64,000 nucleotides of DNA from Podarcis pityusensis (lineage: Eukaryota). The notes beneath the pieces were generated by a model. It was not told the DNA's origin and did no database searches. It worked only from the letters and a program-made list of their open reading frames with translations. The stretch lies in assembly GCA_964106645.2 (NCBI GenBank), contig OZ067038.1; one strand, written 5' to 3'. This document shows, piece after piece, positions 48,672-62,910 of the stretch. Both the position numbers and the translations under genes were made by a program. Every line of letters begins with the position of its first letter. Within the stretch, counting starts at the first letter, position 1.

Positions 48672-51304
48672 GCAACTCGCACTGGAGAGGCCAGAGAGAG
48701 AGCAAAGGGGAGTACCACTCACAGACAACTGAAAATCCACAATATGCCAGTAACATGTATGGAATTTACACAAGTCTTTAACATTCCCCCCTCCCCAGAA
48801 ATCTCAGTCAATGAAACCTATTGTACACAACCCATAATGTTCCAGAACACATAACAACAACAATATAAATTAAGTTCACCACATTGATTTCATTTCAAAT
48901 CAGAACAACATGCTTATAGTGGAAGTGGATGAAGAAAAATGTGTACAAACTCCTTAATTGGTTACTGAGGTTGTTGTTTTTATACAGCCTTCTACTGAAA
49001 TCTGCTCTCAGATAATGTGTTGCATTGCAAAGATGAATCCTAGACAGTTTCCCAAATCTGTTTACAAGCTTGCGGTACTGAACAGATGCACACTCTCAAC
49101 AGATGTTAGCATTCAGAATCCAGGGATGGCAGCTTCTTCAAAACAGACCAATGTTGCTTTTGATAACTAAATTTCACCTAACCCAAAATGCATGCACCTT
49201 CAGTTTTTGAGCCTGAACTCTCAGAGCAATGTTGCAGGTTAGGCTTCCACAAAAGTGCAGCACCCAGCTTGTACACGGGTTGGCAAGAAGTGAAGATGGG
49301 AGCATCTTATTCATATATTGGATGCACTGAAACAACATGTCTGGTATGGTAGGGAAAAACCTGTATGGTCCAAGGAAGAGCTAAACAATTGAAAACTGAA
49401 CCTAGGGCAAGTTCTTCTCAGTCTCAGATCAAGTGGATTCACCTAACAGCTAACTATTAGCTAAGGTCTCCACTCTTCTACTAGGAGTTACATAGATCCT
49501 ACAAGGTTATTTGAACCACTTTGAGGGTTGTTGTTTTTTTACAGTCAAGTCGTATATAAATTTTATGAAACAGTAGAATAAAATAAAAATTCTTCCCCAA
49601 GTAGAAGGACCCTTAAGGCACCCCAAGCCACAGGTATTTGTGAGCAATAGACATGCTGAATTGGTACACCCAGCAACTACATTTGAACTACTTTGCCCCA
49701 GGTATCTCTGCTGATCTCTGTTCCTCTAAATAAACTTATAGGATCAACATGGATGACCCACCACCAGCAGTGACATATATTAACTACCCTTGTAGCAAGC
49801 TCCCATGCTGTGATGAGCCTCTGCTATGACATACTTGCTGTTCAACTTTCTGTGTTGGTACCTAGAAAAGCCTTTAGAATTAAGAAGTAAGCCAAAGTGT
49901 ACTTGACTGAATGGAAGGAAGGATGTCAGAGGAAGTGCTTGCTGCTTTATCAGCTCCAGAGTAGTAACAAAATATGGAATAGTGGCATTGCCCATCTTCA
50001 TTATTTCATACTGTCTTAATGAACCAGGACTGTTAGAACATCATGTCCTATCTTTAGGTCAGGCATTAACAGACCGTGATTAAAAGACCAACAATGACTT
50101 AAATGGCCTTTTTAGACTCTCAAATAATATACTAACTGAAGTCTCAGTGGTACATGAAGGAATACAAAATCCATTATCTTCCAGAATGTGACTATACAAA
50201 GGACAATGCCTGATTGTCACTGCGTAGCTCTGAACACGTAAAAGTGAGATGTCTGGGGTTTAGGTCAAACCAGTCTTGAAATCTGCTCAACTGAATCAAT
50301 TCACCCATCATTTTAAATTTAGAGTGAGATGTCCTAGGCTTGTTGACAGGTTTGCTCTCTCGACAGGTACAGCATGTGTTCATGATTCTTGCTTAATTTC
50401 CCCTCTAAAGAATAATTTGAAGTGCAAGAAGTTGTGGGTGGGATGGGAAAAAAGGAGGGAGTCTGTCTTCTCTGCAGAAAAAAACAACACACAATTATCC
50501 AACTTCTTTAAATGCTCAAACAGATGACAAGTGAGCAAGCTCTCAGTGCCACTTGCAAGTTCCAGATTTTAAACAACACACTCTCTTTTACAGTCAGTAA
50601 TAGATCCCCAAGCTTCCATAGAGCAGGAAAGGGAGTCAGGAAAAATAAACCCTACAAACACACATGCACGCACACATTTTTTTTTTTATCTCTTTGAACT
50701 CAGAGGATAGACTCTCACTCATGAAGTTCTTCTGAGATAAATGGGTTGTTATTGGAATACAAACTAGGGTCGCAGAGTAGGGAGCATGAATGTTTATGTG
50801 CACTTGAGTTCTTTGATGAGTGCCAATCATTTCTGCAGTTTGTTCGCCACCTACGTGCTCTCAAACATGCAACACAGACATGCACACACTCCTAATCGGC
50901 TCTCCTCCAGAAAAACAGAAAGGCTTAAAATGGGCACATCCTTAACCCTCAAAATAGTGGCTCAATGTATAAGCACATTCATATCTCAGTGAGAACAATA
51001 GAAAATACATGTGATAAGATGAAGATTTGATAGCTTGGGTGTGGTTTGTTTATTTGTTGCAATTCCCCCCCCCCCCAGTGCTATTCAAATCTCCTGGGTG
51101 AACATCAATATGACAGCACTGACAACCAATTAATCATGAAAATCATCATGCCACACAAGCAGTCCTGGTGCTGGTTTTTAATTGAAGACTGACACCCACC
51201 CACACCCACAACTGACTCCCACATACACACAAGGTTTTTGTTGCGTAAAATAGTATTCTAAGGCTGTGGTTCTAAATGTACAAATGTATGTATGCTTCAC
51301 TGTC

Positions 51305-51870
51305 CAAAGATGTGGTGATGGAACTACCTTAGCTTATTTTTACAAAAGGAATCAGACAAACAGGGATGGTCCTATCAGTGCCGACTAAGCCATGATGGAG
51401 AAATGAAATCCTCATGTTCAGTGGCAGGGTAGCTCTGAAAACCAGACACTAGAGACAAAACTAGTAGTACTATTCATCACATTTCTTAGTTGCCTTTCTA
51501 AAATAAAAAAGACCCAATGCAACTTACAGAACTATAAAATATAAGAGTTCAAACAATAAAATAGCAATCAATCTCTGTAATACTAAAAGCATACACACCA
51601 TAAAAAGTTAAAAGAAAAACTGGCAGAATATAAAATTAACCAAAAACAAACAGAAAAATAATAAGTAAAAAAAACCCAGCCCATTACATGCCATCAAATG
51701 GCCAGAAGCAGAAGAAAGTTTTAACCTGACACCAAAAATATAGTGCAACCTTTGGATACCTTTGCGCCCTGCTACTAGGCTTTCCAGAAGAATCTGGTAG
51801 GTCAGTGTTAGCAACAGATTACTGGACCAGCTGGACCTTTAGTCTGATCCAGCAGAAGTCCTCTTTTGTT
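51305..51870 (+). mobile_element. Old CR1-type 3' region split by an AT-rich opposite-strand (L2-tail-like) insertion at ~51465-51750
   Basis: Left part GATGTGGTGATGG...AGACAAA...GCCATGATGG and right part GGCTTTCCAGAAGAATCTGGT...CTGATCCAGCAG resemble the same CR1 3' UTR family seen at 55690 and 28790. Confidence 0.55.
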
Positions 51871-54034
51871 TTTCTGTAAAGATCCTTTTTAGAAAGTTTC
51901 CACTCCATTTATACTGTACTTTCAGCATAACATCTTAATAGGGAACCACTTCATCACCCTTGTGGAGAGATCAAGAGGTTCTAAATGCATGTAAAACTTG
52001 CCCATTTGACCAGAGGCAAGACATATGAGTCCCCACTTTGCTCAGTTCAATGGAAGCATAAACTGAGGACATATTTTACTTGGGATAACCTGAAAAGTTG
52101 TCTTCTTAAGTACAATATTTGAGAAACCATGATGTGAGAGATTGCCCACAACATTTTGTTAACAGTGTACATTGTACAGCTCTTCTTTTCTTGCACTTCA
52201 GGACATGTAGAACCTCAGGCTGTTTCACTTTCAACCTTGACCTGAACTGCTTTCAGCAGCAGTACCAACAGCCCATGGTACTGGCTGAAAATTGTAAGCG
52301 TACTAAGAAAAGATATACTTTAATAGGCACAGCAGGCTTGCATGACTTTCTCTTCTACAGAAGTGCAGTGCCAGAGAAACAATTCTGAACAAATTTACAC
52401 ACTTATTCTAGCAGAGAAATGATAATTTATGCCTGGCAAGGGTATAACTCTCCCAGTGCATTACAAAGGCCTCAGAGTCATACCTTTAGTCAACTGCTCG
52501 ACACCAGTAATAAAGGCTGCTTGGAAATAATGTTACAGAATCATCTTGAAAGCAAGAGCTGTGAAAAATGTGAATTTAGCAGGCTAGGAAGCCCAAGTGG
52601 ACACTCAGAGAATAATCCATATGCCTACACTTAGCAATCCACCCACAACCCAGTCCCTTAGATAGGGCAATGCAGACTCAAATGACACATTTATTGCAGT
52701 TTCATTCTCCACCATTCCTGCCCATGTATCATCTCCACAGCAGCAGTTCTGTTAATTGAGACCAGCTGCTTCAATTCTGAATTATTCTCTCTAGAAATAT
52801 TGATAGTATTACGTTATGATTAGAAAGCACTTTACCAAATGCCTCTCAATTCTGCACTGCTCAAATGAAGAGCAGCTGCAGAAAAAAAGGGGCCAGTTCC
52901 CTGAATATACAAAATAAAAAAGCTTTAGCCGCAAAAAATAAACTGAACTAAACTGGGTAGGAGAGTGAGAGAAAAAAAGAGGTAAATACAGTCAGAGACA
53001 ACCAAATGCAACGAAAATCAGCTTACACTGGGCACTTGCCTCAGTCATTTGGCCTGTAAATAGGGTTCCTAACAAGAGTTTAATATATTTATTAATATGT
53101 AAATTAATGGTTTACATATTTTCACTAGTGTATCAGTGAACATAAAATATTGGACTCCATGAGTAAGTTGACATTTGGGAAAGACAAAAACTCTCCACTA
53201 ATCTGCTGCCTGGACTGGACATCAGGGGCTGTAAGGATGCAACATGCTTATAAAGACAATTATAAAGGAAAGGATATTTCTTAAAACTCATGCAATAACC
53301 AAATTGTTCCTAAATTCATCTAGAAGTAGAATAGTTCATCTTTTCTTTCTAACAGAAGTTTGTTAGGGATGAAGAATTTAAATTTTAAAAGAACAAATAG
53401 AAAAGAAGCACATATTCTGGTAAAGACAGACTAGTGGTATCACCAAAAGTATTCCATTAACAATAATTCTATTAAATTTATCTTCCAGCCATCCCTGATA
53501 TACACTCTTAATATTGTTAGAAACAGGGAATGAAACAGCCTTTCTCAGTCTCATTAAGCCTGAACAGGTCTCTCTGCAAAATCTAGTTTCAGAACATTCC
53601 TATGCCAATAGTGAGCCCAGAAGACTCAGCCACCTATAATGAGGGAAATTCCAACTTCAAAGAACAAAGGTTCTCCACAGAAATAATCGCAGCCCAGGAC
53701 CAGATGCTCACATCTGTCAGAATAATGCAACTAGAACAGCCCCATTCTTGTGGTGTAACTTAGATCAACCCAACCTAGACATTAACTGTATTACATTAAA
53801 TTACTTTGCCACTACTGGACATTAATTTTTGTTCTTAATTAAAGCACATGCACACACACCCCTCTTTAATTCCAGTCTCCCCACCCCCAGTCCTGAATTA
53901 ATAGTATTATGCAAAACACAACCCTAGCACTGACAGGAATGTTTGTTAAACATAATTAAAGATATTAATTTTGCATGGAAGAGAAACCACTGAGCCAAAA
54001 ACTTTTCTCCCTCTTTTTTCCAGATCTCCCATTA

Positions 54035-54172
<138 letters not shown>

Positions 54173-55689
54173 TTAGCGGCATACTCAGTTATCACGCTAT
54201 GCTAGCATTTTACTCAACCATCTTGGATATTTATATATACTTTTCATGCTGTTGGTCCCTCTTTTTTACAGATGTGAATAGCAAACACATTTAAAACAGG
54301 TCCCGCAGAACAGACATCTCCAAGCATCATTCTTGGAATTTCTCATGGCTTAATCAGTAGTGGGCTAAAAAAAAGGTTAGTCTCTTTCCATTCCCTCCTG
54401 TTCTGCTGCTAGATCAACTAGAAGACTAGATTGTTTAAATTATTTGAATTTAAATATTTTTCTTGACTTATTCCAAAAACTTGCAGCAAGTAATAATGTT
54501 AAAATATCATACTAAAACCCAAAATGTCTTACAGTTGATCCTATGCATCTTTATTTGACAATAAGTCCCATTGAGTTCAATGAAGCATTCTTTAAAAGCC
54601 TGCCCAATGCATACAGCAACCAACTGTAGGGATGACAGATAAATTTCATTCCTGTATCTGAATTCTAGCTCCTCATGTCACCAGCAGCACCTCTTCTAAG
54701 CACTACAATCTTATTTCACACCAGATGCTGTGGTGCCTCAAATGAAGGTTGGACACTAAAAGGCTACCTGCTACCTGAATGATTTAAATGTCTGGAAAGG
54801 ATCCCTTTTTACATTCAAGTTCTCCTTTATCTCCGTTTTGAAAGGTTCACATCATTCTATGAGCAAAATCGCCTATCATTCATAGCTCATGAAGCAAAGC
54901 ACTGCCTTGACTTCCAATGTTTACCCCTTGAAGCTTCCAAATGTTTTGTGGATTATTTCAACAGAACTATCTAGCACAGCAACATTATTCAGAAACCAGG
55001 ATATGGAGAAAGTGTTGAAGGTTACAAAGCACCAATCTATATTACTACCTTCCTTTCTGAACTACTCAATTGGATTGCTGTTCCCTTAAGTCACAGAATC
55101 AGAATTTAAACTTAGCTGCTCACAAATCAAGATGGATAGTTCTTTCTTGGGCTCCTCTTAAAATATATATATGTAAACTTACAACTCTCTTGTCTCCCCG
55201 CATGTATATCCCCAAAAGGCACACTAGGTTCCTGGAGCATCACAACACTATGAAACAGTCATCTTGTATACACAAGTGTCTAAGGGCATCAAAGAAAAGC
55301 AGCCTGACTTAGGGAGTGTCACTGTACTATTATATATTTTTTAAAAAAAACATTATAAAAAGAATATTCTCATTAACCATCAATTTGTCAGAGAAGCAAA
55401 ACAGACAGACAAACCAAACATTGGGGGGGGGGGAAGGATATTTCTTACTTACTACCAAAGGTCTGCTTAACTGCAGCTGTGCAAGCAATGTCTGGGTTTG
55501 CATTCATTCCAAGCTAGCAACACAGAGCTTGCTAGTTCTGATCTACCTCCAACTGGGCAATTTCCCACCCCAGAGCCCTTACAAGTTGAAGACTGATGAA
55601 GGGTTGGGTCAGCTTTCCTTAGACACTAGTGCCTGAAAAGCCTTTAAAGTGGCACTCTGCAGAACAGTCAAAGATTTCATACTGCCTGA

Positions 55690-55860
55690 AAAGGCAGTGT
55701 TGGAGGCAGCATGCATTGAATACCAGTCACTGGGAATCACAACTGGGAAGAGTGTTGTTGTGCTCATGACCTGCTTGCAGGCTTCCCATAGCTATCTGGT
55801 TGGCCACTGTAGGAAGGGAATGCTGGACTGATTCAGTAGGGATCCTCTGATCTTATTTTG
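55690..55860 (+). mobile_element. Old CR1-type 3' UTR fragment
   Basis: GGAGGCAGCATGC..TGAATACCAGT..CTGGG...GGCTTCCCA..GCTATCTGGTTGGCCACTGT...TGCTGGACT. Confidence 0.65.
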
Positions 55861-56749
55861 TTCACTGCAGCCAGGGCAAGTGCTGCTGGCACAGGAATGC
55901 CCATGGTAGCTTCTTAGTGCTCTGCTTGTGGTGACACAGGAACTGTCAGTTGTGCTTTTGCCCCAAAATCAGATCATGCACATTGGATCAGCCTGTAAAA
56001 CAGCTGCTTAGAAAGAGAGATAATTCCAGGCATTTTGATGCCCTGTAGAATAGCTTATTATTCTCTCTCTTCTGCCCTCCAACAAAATATACTTTGGATT
56101 AAGCAATTTGCTCATGCCCCTAAAAAAGCTTAATTTCTTGTTTTCCATACTTCTTGAAGGATGAGTGAATATATCAGAGCCTTAACTCTTCTTTAAAATT
56201 TAAGCATTTTTAAAAAAGAATTAGAATGTTCCTCTTTTCTTTGTCTTTTTGTTTTGGTGCTGGATCACATCTCCAATATAAGTATCAGCCTCCATGTAAT
56301 TCCTAACTATCAAATAGAATCAAGATATATGTACACAACAACTGACTAGAAAAATTGGAACTGTTGAATTTTTGCCTGGTCTTTCACCTCACTCTGTAGT
56401 GTAAAATACTAATTTCTGCAAAGAACATTCTTACCCTGACTCACTCAAGCAATCCTCCGTCACATAGTAATTAATTAAAACTGTATGAAGTGAGTGATTC
56501 AGACAGCTATGTTCACTGAAAGTCCACCTGGATATTTACTACACTTGTTGCTGTTTTGCATTTCTGCCTGAAGATTTACTACATTGTTCATACTGACAGC
56601 AACAGACATCTGGATTCTATGATCCATTGAATTTTTTGTGGTTTTGTCCTGCAATCCCTTACTGTCCAGTCCTAATAAAGCAGAGCCCATAGGTAGGTCA
56701 GAGGGGTTGCAGATCTAGGAAGCAATCTGGGACAGGGAAAGAGGACAGG

Positions 56750-57240
56750 CAGGAAATAGACAATCATGGTTCAAAAGTCTAATTAGGATTCTGGAGAACA
56801 AGAGGGACTGGTGGGAGGTTGTTCAGGACCATGGACAGAACCGAGTGAGCAGATTATTTGTAAAAAGAAAGCTCAGACTCAACTAAGCCCTTTCATGCTC
56901 CCTGAGCCTGACTAAATCTCTAAGTCTGCTGAAGAGTGTAGAGCCTTAAAGGCAGCCCTCTGGCTCAAGCCTAGGATACCATCATCTCTTCATGAGTACA
57001 TGGCAAGCGCAAAGCTGTCTCTGATGCTTCAGTTTGATGGAGTATGATGCATTTAGAGATGTATATGCTAGCCAAATGGGCTTAAGGGGTTGCAGTCTAT
57101 GGGGATCCAGGTTGTAGGGCAACTCAAGCTTAGGGGTTTCTGGTTCAGTGGTGGGGCTGAGGCTTCCTGCCTCCTGAAACAGCACCTCCCCTCACACTCT
57201 GTCTGAATCCAGACCATTGCTGGATTTTGGTGTCATAACA
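56750..57240 (-). mobile_element. Old solo-LTR-like relic (left boundary uncertain)
   Basis: Minus strand starts TGTTATGACACCAAAATCCAGCA, similar to the start of the element ending at 40645. TATA-like TTTAAGG at ~56943-56950. Confidence 0.4.
56822..56842 (+). promoter_or_regulatory. Candidate RE1/NRSE (REST) element
   Basis: TTCAGGACCATGGACAGAACC versus consensus TTCAGCACCnnGGACAGnGCC: two mismatches, with canonical half-site spacing. Confidence 0.4.
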
Positions 57241-57769
57241 CTTACCACTGCTGCCAGCTCTCTCAGTCCCACCACTACTATGATTTCAGTGACTAGAAGC
57301 CATCTGCATTGCATAAGATGCCCATACTCTTCAGTTAGATAGGGAGTCATTGTAATAATACATACTACAGAATGAAAGGTCTAGAGTGAAGTAGTACATG
57401 ACCATTGAGGTTTAGCAGCTTGAGATTGTGTCCTATCTATAATTTTCTTTGTCCAGTAAATCTGAGCATGTATATAGCAGATTTTATCACAAAAGATTTT
57501 ATCTAACGAAACCAATGAATGTGATATCCCTGTGGCATTCTTGAATTTCTGAAATGCTTTCAAATCTTGACAACAATTTTTCCTGGTAAATATGGTTGAA
57601 AACATAACTTCTCCTTGCTTCTGCAGCTAAAGTGTGTAAGCTGCTACAGCTCAGCCATTTTCAATACAATTTTTCTTAACTTTGCCCAGTTTGTATACCG
57701 TACCAGGGATATTCTCAACACCAAACTGAATACTGATCAGTTGTATTAGGAGGGGGGTTGTTGGGTTTT

Positions 57770-57900
57770 TTTGGTTTTTTTTTGTTTTATTATGTATTTG
57801 GTCTTCTCAATTTGTATTTTTATGTTGTGAACCACCTTGTGATCTTCGGATGAAGGGCAGCAAACAAATTTAATAAATAATAATAATAATAATAATAATA
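57770..57900 (+). mobile_element. L2-like 3' tail with (TAA)n microsatellite
   Basis: TGTTGTGAACCACCTTGTGATCTTCGGATGAAGGGCAG...AAATTTAATAAA, then (TAA)n. Confidence 0.65.
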
Positions 57901-58156
57901 GTATGTCATTCTTATGAGTAGAATTTCTAATGGTTTATATATGCATCTCCTCCCTTTCCTTCCTCTGCATGCCTTCCAAGACCACCCCTCCCTCCATTTG
58001 TCTCCAACTGCCCCTGTGCATTTTTCTCTTACTTTTCTAATTATGGTATTTGTGGGAGCACTTGGCAATGTACCACCCCTTGAATATAGCCAGTAACCAG
58101 GATAAATGCCCCGCTGGTCCACTGAATGCCTAAAAGCCTTGTAGAGATTATACACT

Positions 58157-58458
58157 CATAGGTGGAAAGCTCAGGCCCTGGTGCCAAAATGCAGCCTTCC
58201 AACCTTCTCTATTTGGCCCTCAGGACTCTATCAAAGCCATGCCCTCTCTCCAGTACACATACCTTCCTTCCAGGTCACAATGGGGTGACTTCCCTGGTGG
58301 GGTGAAGCCGCAGCACTAGCCTCCCAGAAGCAGTACTGCTGCCACTTAGCAGGATATTGAGGGGGTGCAGCGAGCCAAGAGAGGGGCTGTGGTGTATGGA
58401 TGGAGCTAATCAAGTATCCCTCTGGTACTCAAGCACAGATCTGCTTTGCTGCCACCTC

Positions 58459-58497
<39 letters not shown>

Positions 58498-58528
58498 CCC
58501 TTAGGCTGATAAAAATTCTTCACCCCTG
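58157..58528. mobile_element. Degraded hAT/Charlie-like MITE containing (TG)n
   Basis: Left ...CAGGCCCTGGTGCCAAAATGCAGCCTTCCA...TGGCCCTCAGGACTC and right TGTGGCCCTTAGGCTG...TTCACCCCTG ends are typical of such elements. Confidence 0.45.
58461..58496. repeat. (TG)n microsatellite
   Basis: About 18 TG units. Confidence 0.97.
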
Positions 58529-58773
58529 CAATGGCTTGCTTGCACACCAGCTCGGCTTAACACGCAGTCCTGGCCTACAAAGAGAAGGGGACTCTCAGTC
58601 TTTGCCTCCGTCAGTCTTGCAAATCTGTTCAACAATTCCAGCTCCTAATCAAAGCCAATATAAAGAATGAGAAGTTTATATTTTGTAAGAAAATTAGTAA
58701 CAGAACACAAGGTCTTTGATCTAGTTCTCTCTGATAAAGCACCTTTCATGTTATCTCAAAGTTCCCCACCTAC

Positions 58774-58807
<34 letters not shown>
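58774..58807. repeat. (CG)n(CA)n alternating purine-pyrimidine tract
   Basis: CGCGCGCGCACACA..., a Z-DNA-prone composition. Confidence 0.9.
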
Positions 58808-58814
<7 letters not shown>

Positions 58815-59953
58815 AATCCTATAAATCACACTGTAAACGCACATGAACAGTGGAGGGAAATTACAATGAAGAACAATTATAGTTTGTTTTGTAACCAATT
58901 TCTTCTTTTTAGCTGGAACAGGTACACCTTCCCCTGAAGTGCCTACCCACGAAATGCATGTTTTCTGTTGAGGAATCATTCTAAAGGCAATTCACTTGAC
59001 TAGATTTCCATTCCACGTGGTCTGGGAACTGAAAACACTAGTTCTGAAGTTTCCGCTGCTGTAACCATACAGAGATGCTACTGGTAGGTGTGCTAACTCA
59101 TGATAAGCACAGTACGGTAGCGACTCAACAGCCGCTGCCTCTTTTTTAAGATAAGGCATCCAAACACATGGGTTCAAGGAAAGGACTAAGAGCAGCTAAT
59201 ACTGTTGATATTGTAAAAATCTAGTAGGAGAAGGCTTGGGAAACCCATGAAAGCTGTTCCTAGTTTATAAATCAATAACATTATTAAATGCTGATTGTTT
59301 GGGAAATAAGGCAAATATTAAGTAAGTGTGGATTGTTATACAGCCATACCAAAATCACCTTCCTGATGCTCTCTCTTTCTTTCTTGTGTTTACAAGTTGT
59401 TTTTCATTTCATCCCCCACATACCCAGGAGCTCTGCTGCATAGATATCCAGTGGCTGGGAGACACAACGCCACAGATCCTGCTATGCCAACATTAGACTA
59501 TTCCACAACTTTCCTTTGATCTCAACCACTAAGCTTCACTAGGAGCCCTCTAATTTCAGGCCAGGGAAGAAAAGCGGGGCACAGGGAGGGGAGCTAACAC
59601 CGTCTTTTCATTTATAATTAAAAGCCATGAACTGAAAACTGATGAAAGCTCACTGCTCTTTTCTGCCAAAAGAAAGCAAGAAACCCCAAGATGATACAAA
59701 GAAAAGACTGACATGAGTACAAGAATAGCAGGAAGAAGCTTCTCTGTGCTGCATATTCTAATGCTTCACTGATGAATTCTACAGAGGCTAAGTAAACTTC
59801 CCAATACAGAGACATTTAAAGAGAAATAGGCCACTGTTTGCAGAGTGTGTATCCAAGAGCCTAGCAGCCTGCTCTTCTGCACATTTACTCATGGGTTTGC
59901 TCTGAAGTAAGTGTGCTTAGAATCATATCTTTTATTATATTTACTCCCTAAAT

Positions 59954-60065
59954 CAGGAATGGCTAACCTGTGTTTTTGGAATTAAATTCCCATCAGCCCC
60001 AGTCAGCATTGTAAGGGATGATGGGAGTCCAGAAAGATTTGAGAGCCAGAGGTGAACCTCACCTG
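59954..60065. mobile_element. Palindromic hAT-like MITE with 8-bp TSD
   Basis: CAGG...CCTG ends, TSD CCCTAAAT / CCCTAAAA (7/8) and a CCCATCAGCCCC...GGGATGATGGGAG core. Confidence 0.7.
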
Positions 60066-60811
60066 CCCTAAAAAATGTGATGAAACACATTCCAGCCTTC
60101 CCCTTGTTAGGAGGTCATTGAATCTAATCCTACACCTTGGAGCTAAATTTTCAAAGCTGAATTGCAATCAGACAATGGGTTGGCTCCAGACTACATCAGT
60201 TGAACTTAAGTCCCATTGAATAAATAAAGCAAGTTAGCCATGACTTTAGGCTCACTGAGTGGAATTCAAAGTGGCGTTAAGGAGATCATTGTATCAGCAA
60301 AAAGCATTTCTGCTTGCCTAATAGAATGATCTCCCCCCCCCCCCATGTGCTGTTCTGGGAGTTTTCTTGAGCCTCTTGACCCTCCAGAATGGATTTGGCA
60401 GAGGTGGTGGGGGAAGGAAATGGGGAAAGACCCATAGCATTAGCATGAGCCCTTGCACTGACTTTTGATACCGGAACCAGGCACACTAATTTAAATCAGA
60501 ACTAAATCAAACTAACACAGCCTGGAATCAACCCAACAACCGCATTTTATTCCTAGCTAATCACTTATCAATAATACCAATAAGCATATAGATTTCACTC
60601 TTCCCCCCGTCTCTAGAAACAAGCTGTTTTACAGAAGCTTATGTACAATTACCAAGCAGCAAAGGCAAGGATGTTAAGTAGTAGGACAAGTTACAGATGG
60701 CTGAAATAAGCCTTCTTTCGCTACAGGGAACATTTTCTGAAAATTTGGTCACTCCAGATTTGTGCTAACAAGGAGCAGAATTTCAGTACTTAATGATTTA
60801 AAGACTCTCAT

Positions 60812-60900
60812 GCTGTAAAATAAGGATAATAATATTTACTTACCTGCCTCACAGGGATTCTAGGAGGATTAATTGATTAATCCTTATAAGAACTTTGCAG
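60812..60900 (+). mobile_element. MIR/CORE-SINE fragment
   Basis: CTGTAAAATAAGGATAATAATATTTACTTACCTGCCTCACAGGGATT..AGGAGGATTAA matches the CORE-SINE core/3' pattern. Confidence 0.6.
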
Positions 60901-62791
60901 AAAGAATATTAAAATTTGATGCAAACGCTAAACAATATTACTTGCAATATTGTCAGTGGAATATAATTTGGAGAAGAAATATTCTGAATCCATAGTACAC
61001 TTTTGTTCACCCTCTGTCCTTCTTTGGGATACATTTCCTCCTGTTTTCTTACCTAAAGTTACCATAGGCATGAGAAGAAGCTAGTTTATGGAAAGCAATA
61101 ATTACTGTTAACTACTTCTGTCCTCTCATTGAGTCAATGTTTATTTATTTAGAGCAACTGTTATCTCAAATTATTGCCCATAAGATTACAGCCTGGTATC
61201 AAGTGATACCCAAAATATACGCTGTCAGTTTCTAATTGCACATAAGGAGGGGCTGAATTCCTTTAAATCTAAATAGAAGAGGATAGAACTACTCCACTCT
61301 TTAATGAGGTAATTTTAACCATCGGCTCTTCAATGCTGACATGGTATCAGAGGGCTGTTCTGGAGAAATTTTGCAATAAATTGCTTTTAAGCTGAAGCCA
61401 CTATAATTACAGTTGCATCCAAGCCAGTGTTTGGGAGCTCTGCTGGAATTCTGCTTGGATGCCAAAATTCACACTCTGGCTTAGACAAAGGCAATAGATT
61501 AATAGAGCTAGAAGGATCAAGGGCCCTTCAGTTAATTCACCACGGCCTTACTTCAAGGCAGGGACACTCTTATGCCAAGCCTCCCCTCCTCACATCACCG
61601 AAAACAGAATCACAGGGTAACTCAATCTTCGATTCACACTACTTGGCTAAGAGAAAGATGAGAGCTTCAGAGACACAATCGGAATTAGGCCAAAACAGCC
61701 TCACATAAAAGCCAAACTGATAGTATCAAAGTTCTCATATGCTAGTATCTGAGAATCTATAACAGTCCTTCACACTTGCCTCCCGTAAAGAATTCCAACC
61801 AGGATGGGAAGAAGGTTGGTAGCTGTTGAGGATCAGGACAGCTACTGTGGCCAAAATAGAACATTTTCAGCTTCTGCAACAGTAAACCTCACCTGGTGGA
61901 GGAGGGATTTATTTAATCTTCAGGCATCTTTATAGGTCTGGGAACTTCTGTGTGGCATTTGTGGGTATGACAGTGTCCTTAGACACTGGGAAGGGAGTTC
62001 TTGCTTTTAATTTGTTTTGAAGTATAAAGGTGTTTTGCATGTTCCGGGGGCAGGGGGAGCTTCTGAGTATCTCCAGTTTTTCCGCTGTGAAATGGGCATT
62101 TTGCGGTATCCACAACAGTTTCTTAGATTTCTAAAAGTGCCCTCATGCCCAAGAAATCTGGAGACCTCTGTCATTTCATCTTCACACCTGCTGTAACCCC
62201 ACTCTCTCTCCTATTTGTTATTCCTGACAATGTGCACCCTATTTTTTTGCAATATGGCAACGATACATTATGACTGACAATGTGAGTGAAAGCAGAGAAG
62301 TGTGCTTGACAGAAGTATGCTGCCATTTAGGTACTGGGAGGGAATTCACTGTGGATCACCGGATTTTTTTCAGGAGCAAATATCAGTAAGGAGATGAAGT
62401 AAGGTTTGGTTCAGGCATTATGAATTTCTGCTGAAGAGGGAGATTGGCATCCCAAAGCTAAACCACTTGATAAGCACTAACCTTGGCCAGTGATTGACAC
62501 TTCCAGGTTCCCAACATGGGAAACTCCTCTGAAGCTTTGAGTTTAGCCCACTACTGCTAGGTTTTGTGCTTCACACCATGAAGTTGATAGGAGGATTGTT
62601 CTCTGAGCTCAACAGGATCAAAATATACAGAGCTGAGATCAACTCTATTGATCAGCCCCTTAGTATCTTTCTTATAGTATTTCATGTCTCAGTATTTCTT
62701 GGAAAGATTTTGTGCCAGTTGAATAGAGCAGAGGCACAAGGCTCTTTACTTTTTGTTTTAGCGTGGTGTCACTCAACTGATCTCTCTCTCA

Positions 62792-62910
62792 TAGGGCTGC
62801 CATACATCCGGGTTTCCCCAGACACATCCGACAATCACTTAGAAAAATGTTGTCTGGGCAGATTTTTACTGAATCAGCAAAATGTCTGGGGAAACCCGGG
62901 TGTATGTCAA
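62792..62910. mobile_element. MITE with TAGGGCTGCCA-type terminus (probably hAT)
   Basis: CATACATCCGGGTTTCCCCAGACA / TGTCTGGGGAAACCCGGGTGTATG inverted arms. Confidence 0.65.
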
